From positions 1-22,364 of the forward strand of contig BAAFSQ010000164.1 in NCBI GenBank assembly GCA_054661495.1: a DNA stretch of 22,364 nt, given 5' to 3'. Each line of letters begins with the position of its first letter. Positions within the stretch are counted from its first letter, which is position 1. The translations under genes and the position numbers were made by a program. Below, piece after piece: positions 1-10,584 of this stretch. Source of the stretch: Zygophlyctis sp. KS116 (taxonomy: Eukaryota > Fungi > Chytridiomycota). Under the pieces are notes generated by a model. The model ran no database searches, was not told the DNA's origin, and saw nothing but the letters and a program-made list of their open reading frames with translations.

Positions 1-869
1 TTTTGATCTGCAGGATTAACTCTAGGATCTGACATTAGGAGTTTAACAATTTCAACATCCTTAATCGCTTCTATAATTGCCTGATTATCCTGATCTGAAG
101 GATTTACTCTAGAATCTGCCAACAAAAGTTTTAAGATGCCCACATTTCTACATTTAGCAGCATTTATTATTGCTTGATTATCCCGAGCCGCAGGATCCAC
201 TCTTGCATCTGATAATAAAAGTTTAACCAATTCCTCATTACCACTAGACGCTGCATAAATTATTGCAGAATTATTATTCAATGAAGGATCAAATCTTGTA
301 TCTTCAAGAAGTAACAGAAACACATTTATATGCTTAATGGCTGGAATTAATGCTTTTGTACAGTCCACAGGATTAAAATTTGGATGTTCGATAATGTACT
401 TAACAATATCAATATACCCTTTTTCGCATGCAGTACAGAGAGCTTCATTTTCATGAGCAGAAATATCAATCCCACATTCATTGACGAGAAGCTTAACAAC
501 TTCTATTTGACCAAAATTGCAAGCTAGTAGTAAAGGACTATCCCATTTATCTTTATGATCTACTCTTGGGTCCTTGAGAGCATTTTTTATTAATTCAAGA
601 TCTTGACTTGAAATGGCAAGTTGCGCCTTCTTATTCGCATCAGCCAGCGCTAGAAATCCAGCATTCTTAAACAGTGCCTTGACAAGATTTGGATTCAATG
701 GTTTCCAAGTTGAATAATAACTTGTATTTTTTTCAAAAGAAGGACAGTACTGATGATACTGATAAGCTAGTTCCTGAGAAACCTTTAGAGCCGCACAGAG
801 TATAGATGCATGATCAATATTTAGTCTCTCAAGAAACATGAGTATTGTCTCTGTTGGTATTTTATTCAT
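1..869 (-). CDS. Ankyrin-repeat protein with a possible F-box-like N-terminus (3' end runs off the window)
   Basis: Not in the ORF track. ATG at 869, open to position 1: MNKIPTETILMFLERL..., then repeats SPLLLACNFGQIEVVKLLV, EALCTACEKGYIDIVKYII, VKLLLSDARVDPAARDNQAIINAA, LKLLLADSRVNPSDQDNQAII, VKLLMSDPRVNP. Confidence 0.85.
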   Translation of the reverse strand, partial: MNKIPTETILMFLERLNIDHASILCAALKVSQELAYQYHQYCPSFEKNTSYYSTWKPLNPNLVKALFKNAGFLALADANKKAQLAISSQDLELIKNALKDPRVDHKDKWDSPLLLACNFGQIEVVKLLVNECGIDISAHENEALCTACEKGYIDIVKYIIEHPNFNPVDCTKALIPAIKHINVFLLLLEDTRFDPSLNNNSAIIYAASSGNEELVKLLLSDARVDPAARDNQAIINAAKCRNVGILKLLLADSRVNPSDQDNQAIIEAIKDVEIVKLLMSDPRVNPADQ

Positions 870-1002
870 TTTTCCTCTAAATCCTCAGCATTGGATTTTC
901 GGACAATGTTTGGACAATACAGAGTAGTGTGTGGTAGGACCAAGACCATACGAGGCCTGCGTCAAAAACAAGAAAAACCACGCCACTTTTACTTGAAAAA
1001 AA

Positions 1003-2220
1003 ATGTCTCACTGCAAGTACGAACATCCTCGTCATGGATCTCTAGGATTTCTCCCTAGAAAGAGAGCCCGAAGACATAGAGGAAAAGTAAAGTCTTTCCC
1101 AAGGGATGATGCCTCCAAACCAGTCCACTTGACTGCATTCATGGGTAATATCATCTTTACTGATTATAGGTTATAAGGCTGGAATGTCTCATATTGTCAG
1201 AGAATTAGACCGCCCAGGATCTAAAATGCACAAGAAGGAAATTGTTGAAGCTGTGACTGTTTTGGAAACTCCTCCAATGGTTATTGTTGGTATTGTGGGC
1301 TACGTTGAGACTCCAAGAGGTCTCCGATCGCTTGCTACTGTCTGGGCTGAACACTTGTCTGAGGAAGTAAAGAGAAGATTCTACAAGAATTGGTATAGAT
1401 CAAAGAAGAAGGCTTTTACCAAGTATGCCAAGAAATTCACTGAAGCTTCAAAACCTGTTGAACAGCAGATGGAAAGAATTAAAAAGTATTGCCAAGTCGT
1501 TCGTGTTTTGGCTCATACTCAGGTTAAAAAGGTTAAAATTGGTCAGAAAAAGGTAAGGGGTTTTTTTACTAAGTTTAGGCCCATTTGATGGAAATTCAAT
1601 TGAATGGTGGTTCTGTTTCAGACAAGGTTAACTGGGCTAAAGATCATTTTGAAAAGACTGTTGATATTCACTCTGTGATGGAACAAGATGAAATGGTTGA
1701 TGTTATTGGAGTTACTAAAGGTCATGGATTTGAAGGTGTGACTGCTCGTTGGGGTACAAAGAAACTTCCTAGAAAGACTCATAAAGGTCTTCGAAAGGTT
1801 GCTTGTATTGGTGCTTGGCATCCATCTCGTGTCATGTACACTGTTCCTCGTGCAGGTCAAGATGGTTATCATCATAGAACTGAAGTTAACAAGAAGATTT
1901 ATAGACTTGGAAAAGCTAATGATGCTGCAAGTGGATCTACTGAATTTGATTTAACTGCTAAACCTATTACTCCAATGGGTGGATTCCCTCATTATGGTGT
2001 TGTCAATGAAGACTGGATCATGTTGAAAGGATGTACTCCAGGTGTTCGTAAGCGAGTGGTTACTATCCGTAAATCTCTTTTAAATCATACCAAACGTTCT
2101 GCTTTGGAAAAGGTTCAACTCAAGTTTATTGATACTTCCTCTAAATTCGGTCATGGTCGCTTCCAGACTACTGAAGAAAAGACTACCTTTTTTGGTACTC
2201 GTAAGAAGGATTTAGCTTAA
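1003..2220 (+). CDS. RPL3: 60S ribosomal protein L3 (uL3), 388 aa, 3 exons
   Basis: Exons 1003-1144, 1170-1552, 1579-2220; introns 1145-1169 (25 nt) and 1553-1578 (26 nt, TACTAAG). Splicing restores [21 protein letters not shown]...[10 protein letters not shown]...GQKKAHLMEIQ...[13 protein letters not shown]. Confidence 0.98.
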
Positions 2221-2255
2221 AGAGAATTAAAAATACACAAAGTGTCTTGAAATTT

Positions 2256-3243
2256 CTATTTTTGTTGAAGCTTACTCTCTAATGCCTTAAGTCCTAAATT
2301 CCTTCTTCTTTCAGCATCAACTTCTTCAGAAAATAATTCTGGAGTCTTTAAATTTATCCCTTGTAAATTTTCATCATTATCTGTCTGATTGTCTGACTGA
2401 TTATCTAGAGGAGCATATCTAGAAGCACCAGGAATAATCTTCATTTTTAAACCAATTTCAAATAAAAAATTTGAAACTGGAGCCAAATATGTGCTAATAT
2501 TAAAAAATCTAAATTACTGTGTTGATTCTGGAAAGAAACTTAAAATTGAAAAAGTTTCACTTCTATCTCCTAGAATCCCATCTCTCCTTTGATAAAACCT
2601 TAAATATCCCCATGAACCCAGTATCCCACACCATCCTTGATAGTAGTTTACTAAATAGTAATAAAATGTAGAAAACGGAGGACTATCCAAAACTGCAAAA
2701 AAACTTGTCATAAATCCAATCCCTGAAATTGCTAAAATTGGTAATACTTTTGTCCGAAAGGAAATGTAACCACCAATTAATAAACGATGTTCTGGCACTA
2801 ATTGTTTATAAGCCACTAAAAACCCAAAAATGACACAATTAAAACCATAAATTGGAGTAAATCTAAAATTATAAATTTGCAATATACAGTATTTGTGATC
2901 CCATAAATAAACTGGAGAGTAATACCAGAAAAATCAAGAAAATCTGTGACACTGCCGTAGAAATCCATAAATATCTAAATAATTCAGCCATTCCCCAAAC
3001 ATTTTCAAAGTATTTTAGAGAAAACATTAAAAACATAATCCCTAGAGGCAAATTATAATATTCGGACACAAATGTATTCGTGAACATTGTCCATGGCGAC
3101 CAGCCGATAGCACCAACTCCTTGTAAAACTAAAAAATCTCTAATCAATGGTAAATTAGCAACTAGAATAACAGCAAGAGAATATTTAGAGAGTAAAGTCA
3201 GATTATTAAAAGACTCTTTGACTACCGAAACAATTTTGTTCAT
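2256..3243 (-). CDS. TMEM115: TMEM115/DUF1751-like multi-pass Golgi membrane protein, 3 exons
   Basis: Introns 2863-2887 (25 nt) and 2494-2517 (24 nt) join three ORFs. Family-like motifs PWTMFT, VAYKQLVPEH, SWGYLRFYQ..GDRSETF..SFFP and DAERRRNLGLKALE. Confidence 0.85.
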
Positions 3244-3467
3244 CGCTGTTTAATTTATTTGCGCTGAATATTCTCGGTTTACTCTCCTACTCTATTTACT
3301 CTGTTAAATCTGTTAACTGGAACTCATGGGGGATGCATGGGGATTCAAATGGAATGGTGAAAAATAGAGTAATAATGGTCATTGTATTTTATTCTGCGTA
3401 GATCTCATTATAGTCAAGACTCGTTTGAGGCCACCGCCAAGTCTCGAACCCGCGGCCTTGATTTTAA

Positions 3468-6400
3468 ATGCAACTTGTGTCAATTCTTTCTAGACTTAAT
3501 GCAGACTCTATTTCGCCTCCTGTATCAGTTGTACATGAATTAATTCAATGGATCTCAACAGGGAAACTATCGGAAAATGAATTGGGAAGTTGTTGGCATT
3601 TAATGAGTCAATTACTAAGGAAATATCCAAAATCTGTTACCGACTTGCGACCATTGGTTTTGGAATTTATGGTTGCATGTATGACTCATCATTCAATAAG
3701 AATGGGTCCAATATTATGGAAGGAATTTTTGAAATTTGCTAGTACAGATTGGGATGGAATTCAGGATTTAAATTCTAGGATTAAGATTATAATTCAATTG
3801 ACAAAAGATGGGAGAGATGTTTCAGGGATTGAAGAGGAAATAGGGTCATTGTTGGCATCTTGGTTGGAGGAAATAGTATTGCACGGCGATTATAATAATT
3901 CTGTTTTATTATTGGGATTTATTACAAATATTTTCAAGTTTTCTAGGTTATATCTAGATAAAGATATGGTTTACCGACTCTTGGGACTAAATAGGAAATT
4001 TTTAGAAAGGAATGCAAGTGATCAGGTTATTACTGCTGCATTACAATTGTATTTCATTTATAAATTCTAAAAAGTTTATAGATATGATGCGGTTACAAGA
4101 TATGGTGGAATGCCAGAGTCGTGTTTAGAGTTGATTGCTCATGGTTTAATAAATCTAGATTCAAATCAGGAATTAACACAATCAATTCTTAAAAATATAT
4201 TAGGTTCTCATTTATCAAGTGCTTTTGTAAAAATATTGGTGGATTATTTACATGGAGATGCAGAAAAAGAGTTTTACACAATACAGAATTCAATAAAACT
4301 ACTCTCGGTTTGGAAATGGAAAGAAAAGGAAAAATTGTTGGAATGGAATTTATCAGATTACTTGCTATTGTCATTCTTTCCGAAATTAATGCAATTTGAG
4401 AGTTTTTTGGATCTGATTTTGGAATCTATTGCGTTTTTTTTAGACTCAAAATCTCCTTTGATAATTGAATGGAGTCTGGTTATTCAATGTTCTTGCTTTA
4501 TTATTCCTAAAATAGTTGGGAAAGGAGAGGCAGTCTATAAATTCTCAAAAAATTCAAAGTTGGACCAAGATCCTTCAATTAAAGATTCTATAGAGTTTAT
4601 TTTACAGAAGATAATGTTGAATTTTGATACGCAAAGTAGGTTGAAAATTGTATAATTAAATTAGTGACTCAAGATAAAAAAACCTTTTGTAGGCTTTTAT
4701 TGGATATTTTGTCGTACTTAGATGATGAATGGGGTCTTTTTCTGATTCAAAAGGAAAATGATTTACAATTGCTGACACATTTAGTGTCTTTACTACTTAA
4801 AAGAGATGAAAAGAGTTTGGTTTTTCAGATTTTAGAAAAAATTGATCAGTTTCCGTTTATAGAAATTTCAGATATTAATAGGCTTGTAGATTTATTGATT
4901 TTAGTGGAAAAAGATGATGTATTTTCAAATTTGTTACGAATATGTCTTCGAATTCCAAGTTCTGAATTACTAGACCAACTATCAAAAATTCTTGAAACAC
5001 ATCAAAATGAAGATGTTAGGATGATGGCTGCAAAGGGCATAACTTGTATCTGGGATTGGTTTTGTGAAACAAATTCTCCAGAAAAAATGGATTCGGCGAT
5101 TGATACATATAGGCGTATTCTTTCCCATTTCACAGATGAAAAACTTCCTAAAAATACTAGAATTTATTTTGGGAAATTTCTCTGTGGATTTAGAGCTATT
5201 CGTAAACGAGTCAAATATTTAGATATGGATAAAGGAATTGAAAGGATTTGCTTTTTTATCAATAGTGAAAATACTGTCGAGGGCACCAATCTCTCGATAT
5301 TGCCATTGGGCGAGTACTTGCCAAATTTGAAAAACTTTCTTAATCGAGAGCCTAATTGGGATGTATATCATGCAATTTTAATTGAACTTCAGCCTCAGCT
5401 TCACGATTCTATCATGTTTGATACTTTAGAAGGAAGAAAATTTTTAGTGGACTTCACCCAATCTCTAATAACAATGATTCAAACTGATACGGTTGGAGCG
5501 CAGCTAATCGATGTACCTTCCAATTCTAAAGCATCAGATTTTGTATCTGTATTTCTGAAACTCTTGGCTGGACTTATTCAGTCATATAAAAATCTGTTTA
5601 TAAAAAAGAATTTAGATGACGCTGTGCTCTGCTTCCTTTCTGGTTTATCTCGGCCAAGTCTTTCACGATTCTGTATGCATTCACTTACAATTGCTATTTA
5701 TGAATCTCCTTTTAGTATTATGAAATACCTCTCTTCAATACTCTTAAAATTATCTCAAATGACTTCTTTATTGCAAGGGATTGAAAATCTAGAATTTTTA
5801 TCTCATTTAGGTAAATCTCAAACTTTACATGTGAATCTTACTGAAGACGATTATAAGCGGGTATTTGGGATTGCACTCCAGTATTTAAGAGTAGAAACGA
5901 ATGAAAGTGTTCAAAGCAAGTATATTGTTCATTTGGCTCATAAAGTTTTGTCTCTATGGTTTGTCAACTTACAAATACCTGAGCGCAGAATATATCTTTC
6001 TTTCATAACTAAACAGTTGATGATAAATGGGCTCAATGAAACAGTGGAGTTGGTTCTTGACACGCTGGCAATTTATTCTTTTTCAGATTGTGAAGCTCGA
6101 TCTCAAATAAGCAATAATTCATCTGGTGGGAAAACCTGGCTATGGGGGAATACACTAATCACTATTAATAATCACCCTAGCAGTGTTGAATGGAATGAAA
6201 TTACAATTCGGAGACCGTCTGGAACATTATTGATGCATAATCGTTTAGAAAATTCCTTTATATCAGATCAGCAGCCGTATATTCCCGCAGCAATGTCATA
6301 TCTTTTAAAAAAGTGTGAATCGCGTGAGGCGGAAATCGAAAAAAAGCAACATATGAGATCTTTCTCGACTGGATCAGTTCATTTGGCCAGTTTACAAGAA

Positions 6401-7399
6401 CAAAGGAGCAGAACACGTCAAATTAGTTCAGGTAGTAGTACCTCATCATTCTTAGTTCATAAAAGACGCTCTATTTCTGCGTCAAGCCATAACAGCCTAG
6501 TTGGCGGGTCTGTTCTTGAAGAGTCTGATACTTCCCTATCAAATTTAGATATGGATTCTTTAATGTCTAGGGATAAAAGAATCGATCCTTCTTTTGTATT
6601 AGCTCAAATGATTGGAATTCCAAATACGTTTATGACTGATAATTCAAACTTGCCTTTTTTACTTCCAGGAGATGAATCAGTTTCAAGAGCACTCTCAGTT
6701 TTGGACAGAACTCCAGTTCTTGATCTTCACAAGATTGGAGTACTTTATATTGACAAACTGCAAAAATCTGAAACCGAAATATTAAGCAATACTTGTGGCT
6801 CTAAAGCATATGGTGACTTTTTAGAGAGTCTTGGGACTTGGTTCCTATTAAAAGAATCAGGAAGCCTATATTCAGGAGGTCTAGATACCAGTTCTGAAGC
6901 ATTAGATGGTCCTTTTGCACTTACACATGCTGATCGACTATCTCAATGTGTTTTTCATGTGACAACAGTGATGCCTTCTTCTCCTAATGATCCAATGTCA
7001 ACCTTGAAGAAGCGTCATATAGGTAATAATTTTGTAAACATTTTATGGAATGAATCTGGAATTGAATATTCAATGGGAACTCTTGAAGGTCAATTTAATT
7101 TTGTAGCCATAGTTATTCAACCACTTTCAAAAAAAGAATTTACAGTCAAAGTATTAACCAGAAAAGACATTCCAAATCACTTTTTATTTTCTGAACCACG
7201 TTCAGTCTCACTAAAATGTCTGGGAAGTATAATTAGAACATTGGCTATTCATTGTGACACTTTTTCTCAAATGTGGATCAATCGTTTTGTCTCTAGTCCT
7301 AAAGAAAGACTAACACAAATTTATAGACTTCGAGATCGCCTATCAATTTCAAAAACCAGTGAAATATTTCGAATGCATGATTTTAGTCTCTACTTATAA
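3468..7399 (+). CDS. TSC2: Tuberin (TSC2), Rheb GAP, about 1289 aa, 3 exons
   Basis: Introns 4049-4081 (33 nt) and 4636-4664 (29 nt). C-terminal RapGAP domain HKIGVLYID..EILSN..GS..GGLD..VFHVTTVMP..KKRHIGNNFVNILWNE; tuberin-type motifs LTKDGRDV, EITIRRPSG, RALSVLDRTPV. Confidence 0.93.
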
Positions 7400-8056
7400 A
7401 TCCTTTTTCTTATTTTCAAACTTTTCAAATTCTTTTAGAGAAATTTCCTCGACTTCATCCAAAACTTGAGCGACACCTTGAACTTCTGGTAAATAATGCA
7501 TCAACATATTTTCAATCCCATGTTTTAAAGTAATTGCTGAAGAATCACAAGTTCTACAACTTCCTTTTAATTTTAGAGAAACTATTCCATCTTTAAATCC
7601 CATATATTCCAAATCCCCACCATCTTCCATGATAGTTGGTCTAATTTTAGTTTCAATTAATTCCTTTATAGTCGCAACAACCTCATCATCCTCTGGAAGA
7701 ATCATTGTGTCCGATGGCCGCAGATCCTGAGAATCCTTAAAAATCGGTTTTTCTGATGAGAAAAAGTCCATCATTCCTCCAAATATTTCAGGTTTCAACA
7801 ATTGCCATGGAGTATCAGGATCCTTTGTCACTGTAATAAAATTAGGACCATAAAGTACTGATCTCACACCTTGAATTCTTAATAATGATGCAGCTAGCGG
7901 TGACACCGATGCCTCCTTGAGCGACAGAAATTCCCTTGTGCCACTTTCTAAAATTGGTTTTCCAGGTTTAAATTTGATAGAATCAATATTTGGAGTTGTT
8001 TCAGTCTGAATGAATAAATTTCGAACAAATCGCTTAATCGGACCTTGTAATTTCAT
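7394..8056 (-). CDS. NFU1: Mitochondrial Fe-S scaffold NFU1
   Basis: First ATG at 8056 (the track starts at an upstream TTG). Basic presequence, then LFIQTETTPN, and a NifU C-terminal domain IRPTIMEDGGDLEY..GSCRTCDSS.ITLKHGIENML with CxxC. Confidence 0.95.
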   Translation of the reverse strand: MKLQGPIKRFVRNLFIQTETTPNIDSIKFKPGKPILESGTREFLSLKEASVSPLAASLLRIQGVRSVLYGPNFITVTKDPDTPWQLLKPEIFGGMMDFFSSEKPIFKDSQDLRPSDTMILPEDDEVVATIKELIETKIRPTIMEDGGDLEYMGFKDGIVSLKLKGSCRTCDSSAITLKHGIENMLMHYLPEVQGVAQVLDEVEEISLKEFEKFENKKKDL

Positions 8057-8640
8057 TAGTTTAGATTCAACAAATTTCAATTTTCAATTTTTCTAGAGAC
8101 TTATAATGATTTAATTTTGGTTTAATATTAAGTTTTATATCCTTTAACAGTACCGGCAGCAGCCCATCACAGGAACGTGTGTTTCCAGTTATAATTTCCG
8201 CAAATTCTACCTCTATGAGTCAAGCATCATCTGCGGTGACTAGCAAAACTCAGGCGACAGGATTAATTCCCACAAGGATAAGACTAAATTAAAACTAGAT
8301 AAGTTGAGAACAAGCCTTCGAATTCAGCTCAATACAATATGCAGTATGCTTATAATTATTAATACTTTGAAAAATTTTGTGGTAGAAAAGTGGTTCCATA
8401 TACAAATCTATCAAGGTGGGAATATCAATTTACAGGAATCCCTTTAGAACTTGATCTTTCTAGTTTTTCTCGTTTACATAGAGTGGATTTGAATAAACTT
8501 GCAAAGAAACTAAATGCAGGAACAATTAGTAAATGAAGAGTCTTCATAGATCATAGAAGCTACGCGTTCAGATTGGTATTGACTCCCATGACTGATAATA
8601 TATATAAATACATCTCATTTCTCTAAATATATCATTAAGT

Positions 8641-9213
8641 CATTTAAGACAGTGTACTTGGTATATTGATTGGCATTAAACCATACATGCAAGGTACTGC
8701 AGCAGGGCAGCACCTTGAGGACATCTGTGAGTATAACATTTTGACTATGAGGGGTTTTTGAATGATACAATGCATTCGTATACTGAGTTTGAAAGCGGTA
8801 TCATAATTTCATCGTGAAGAGAGAGAAACAAATCTTTGAGGTAGGTTCAATCGGACAGTACCCATGCTTTAAAATACACTCCAGTCTTTGAGATTCATTA
8901 TAACACACGCTCCAGAAAAATCACAGCACGATATGAAGACATTTCAGTGAAGATGTATTCTCTATCTTGTTGAGAATAGATCTAACACAGATAAATATTT
9001 TAGACTCCCCCATAAGATGAGATATTATCTGAGGTTTCCCAAACTTTGACGTTTTCAATAACATTCTCCTTGATTTTATTTCCAAGACCATTTCTTCTCT
9101 TGTCGTCGTTGCTTTGCTTAGGCGGCCTCTAGCTTCAGATTCTAAAACTATTAATAAAGACAATTACCGCCATCAGTAAGTATAGTATTGATCCGCCTCC
9201 TTTTCCCTATCAT
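8641..9213 (-). mobile_element. Degenerate transposase relic, possibly KDZ (Kyakuja-Dileera-Zisupton)/CxC type
   Basis: Putative ATG 9213 (MIGKRRRINTILTDG) and a 26-nt GTAATT..TTAG intron at 9142-9167. One frame then continues through TGA stops and contains CILKHGYCPIEPTSKICFSL (like CxC 'LLxxGxxPxxPxxxxxFS') and LPCCSTLHVWFNAN (like 'CPxC...DxNF'). Resemblance judged by eye; no terminal repeats seen. Confidence 0.38.
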
Positions 9214-9505
9214 TAAATCCACAATTATAATGCAATGTCTCAAAGTCAACAGTGTGATCATTATCCGCCAAGTTATGAGAAAGCCGCATTCTCTGGAATT
9301 TCTCTCGGCCAGATATGTTTCTTCTTCTTTTCGCTCTGCTTTTTAACTTCTTCTTCTTATTTTTTGTAAAATTAAACAGTCCAATGCAACTCTCTCTTTT
9401 CAGAGAGCATTTATAGAAATCCGACCAACCAACTCTTGTTAATGTTGCTGGAGATTGCACGACAAATGTGTGCTTATGTCTGTAACGGCTCTTTCAAATT
9501 TTAGT

Positions 9506-9847
9506 CTAAAAGATCAAGAAAAAAAACTTCAAATTTGCAGAAAATATAACTGGACCTTCCAAGAAAGGTTCATATCCATTCGTAGCGCCCTCTAGTGCAA
9601 TTATTTTAAAATTATACAAAAAAGATTTCGGCAAGCATTGTACTGATTTGGGAATATATTGCCATTCAACCGCATATGATACTTTATTGAAAAGAGTTAT
9701 TGAGAATTTATCAGCAGCAGAGTATGGTATCAAAACTTCATCTGCATAAGTAATTTCCTCCGATTTGCTTCTGGTTCTTGGATCTGGTAGTCTTTCAGAC
9801 AGCCCATAGTATTGTTGTAGGAGCTGTTTTATTTCTGCATTATTCAT
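9506..9847 (-). pseudogene. Unidentified gene fragment
   Basis: ATG 9847 (MNNAEIKQLLQQYYG...) and an intron-like 26-mer GTATAA..CACTAG at 9592-9617. No splice choice I tried gives a long product, and no family was recognised. Confidence 0.25.
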
Positions 9848-10584
9848 TTTATTTTTAGAAACGATCGGTGCCACTCGCCACGATATTTGTGATTTGTAAT
9901 TATCCCGCCACTAGTCCAACAGCTTAAAAGACTCTGTCCGACAACTATTCCATAATTCTTATTCAATAAAAAATTGAGAAAAAGATCAAGAACATTTCTT
10001 GAATTGGATGATGTAGCACGTAAACGATTGTCCGAACTAGAGGTGGCTATTACTTCACAGCTGGGAAATGGAGCGTTCTTTCTTGTTGGTATGAAATCAT
10101 TTATTTTATTTTAAGCGATTTCTTTAAAGGAAATAGATGAAAAATGTTTATATGGTAAAGACTCAAAAGTTGGTGAAATTATGGTTTTCTGCAATCAGCA
10201 AGTAATATTCGACGGCGTAAAGGCGACACATCCATTCTTAAACTATGAAAAGATTGCACTTTTTTTGGTTTACAGTGTATTTTAAATGTACATCTAAATG
10301 TTTGTCCATACCTAAATTTGAGAATTCCTTTATGAACACTAGAAAGATTCAAAATTATGTGGTTTTCCTTGACTGAATAAGACTTATCATATGCAATAAT
10401 AAGCTGACAATCATTCATAAAAATCAATTCTAAGATTTGCATTTTCAATTATTTGCATGATTGGTCTTGGTATCAATAATGCAAATGATCATCAGTTGGA
10501 TAATTGAAAAATCATTTTCTCAAAATCTAGACAGTTCAAAATGATTTCTTCATTTTCAATTCAAGAATTTCAATTCATTTATGG

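Noticed and set aside
8921-9874. Three minus-strand ORFs in the same frame as one long readthrough gene
   Set aside because: They are separated by mixed TAG/TGA/TAA stops and non-3n intron-like segments; decay or coincidence is simpler.
10179-10448. 89-aa ORF downstream of the LRR gene
   Set aside because: TTG start, no recognisable motif and no splice link to neighbours.
8100-10580. Terminal inverted repeats or LTRs bounding the decayed region
   Set aside because: No convincing matching termini or target-site duplication found by eye.
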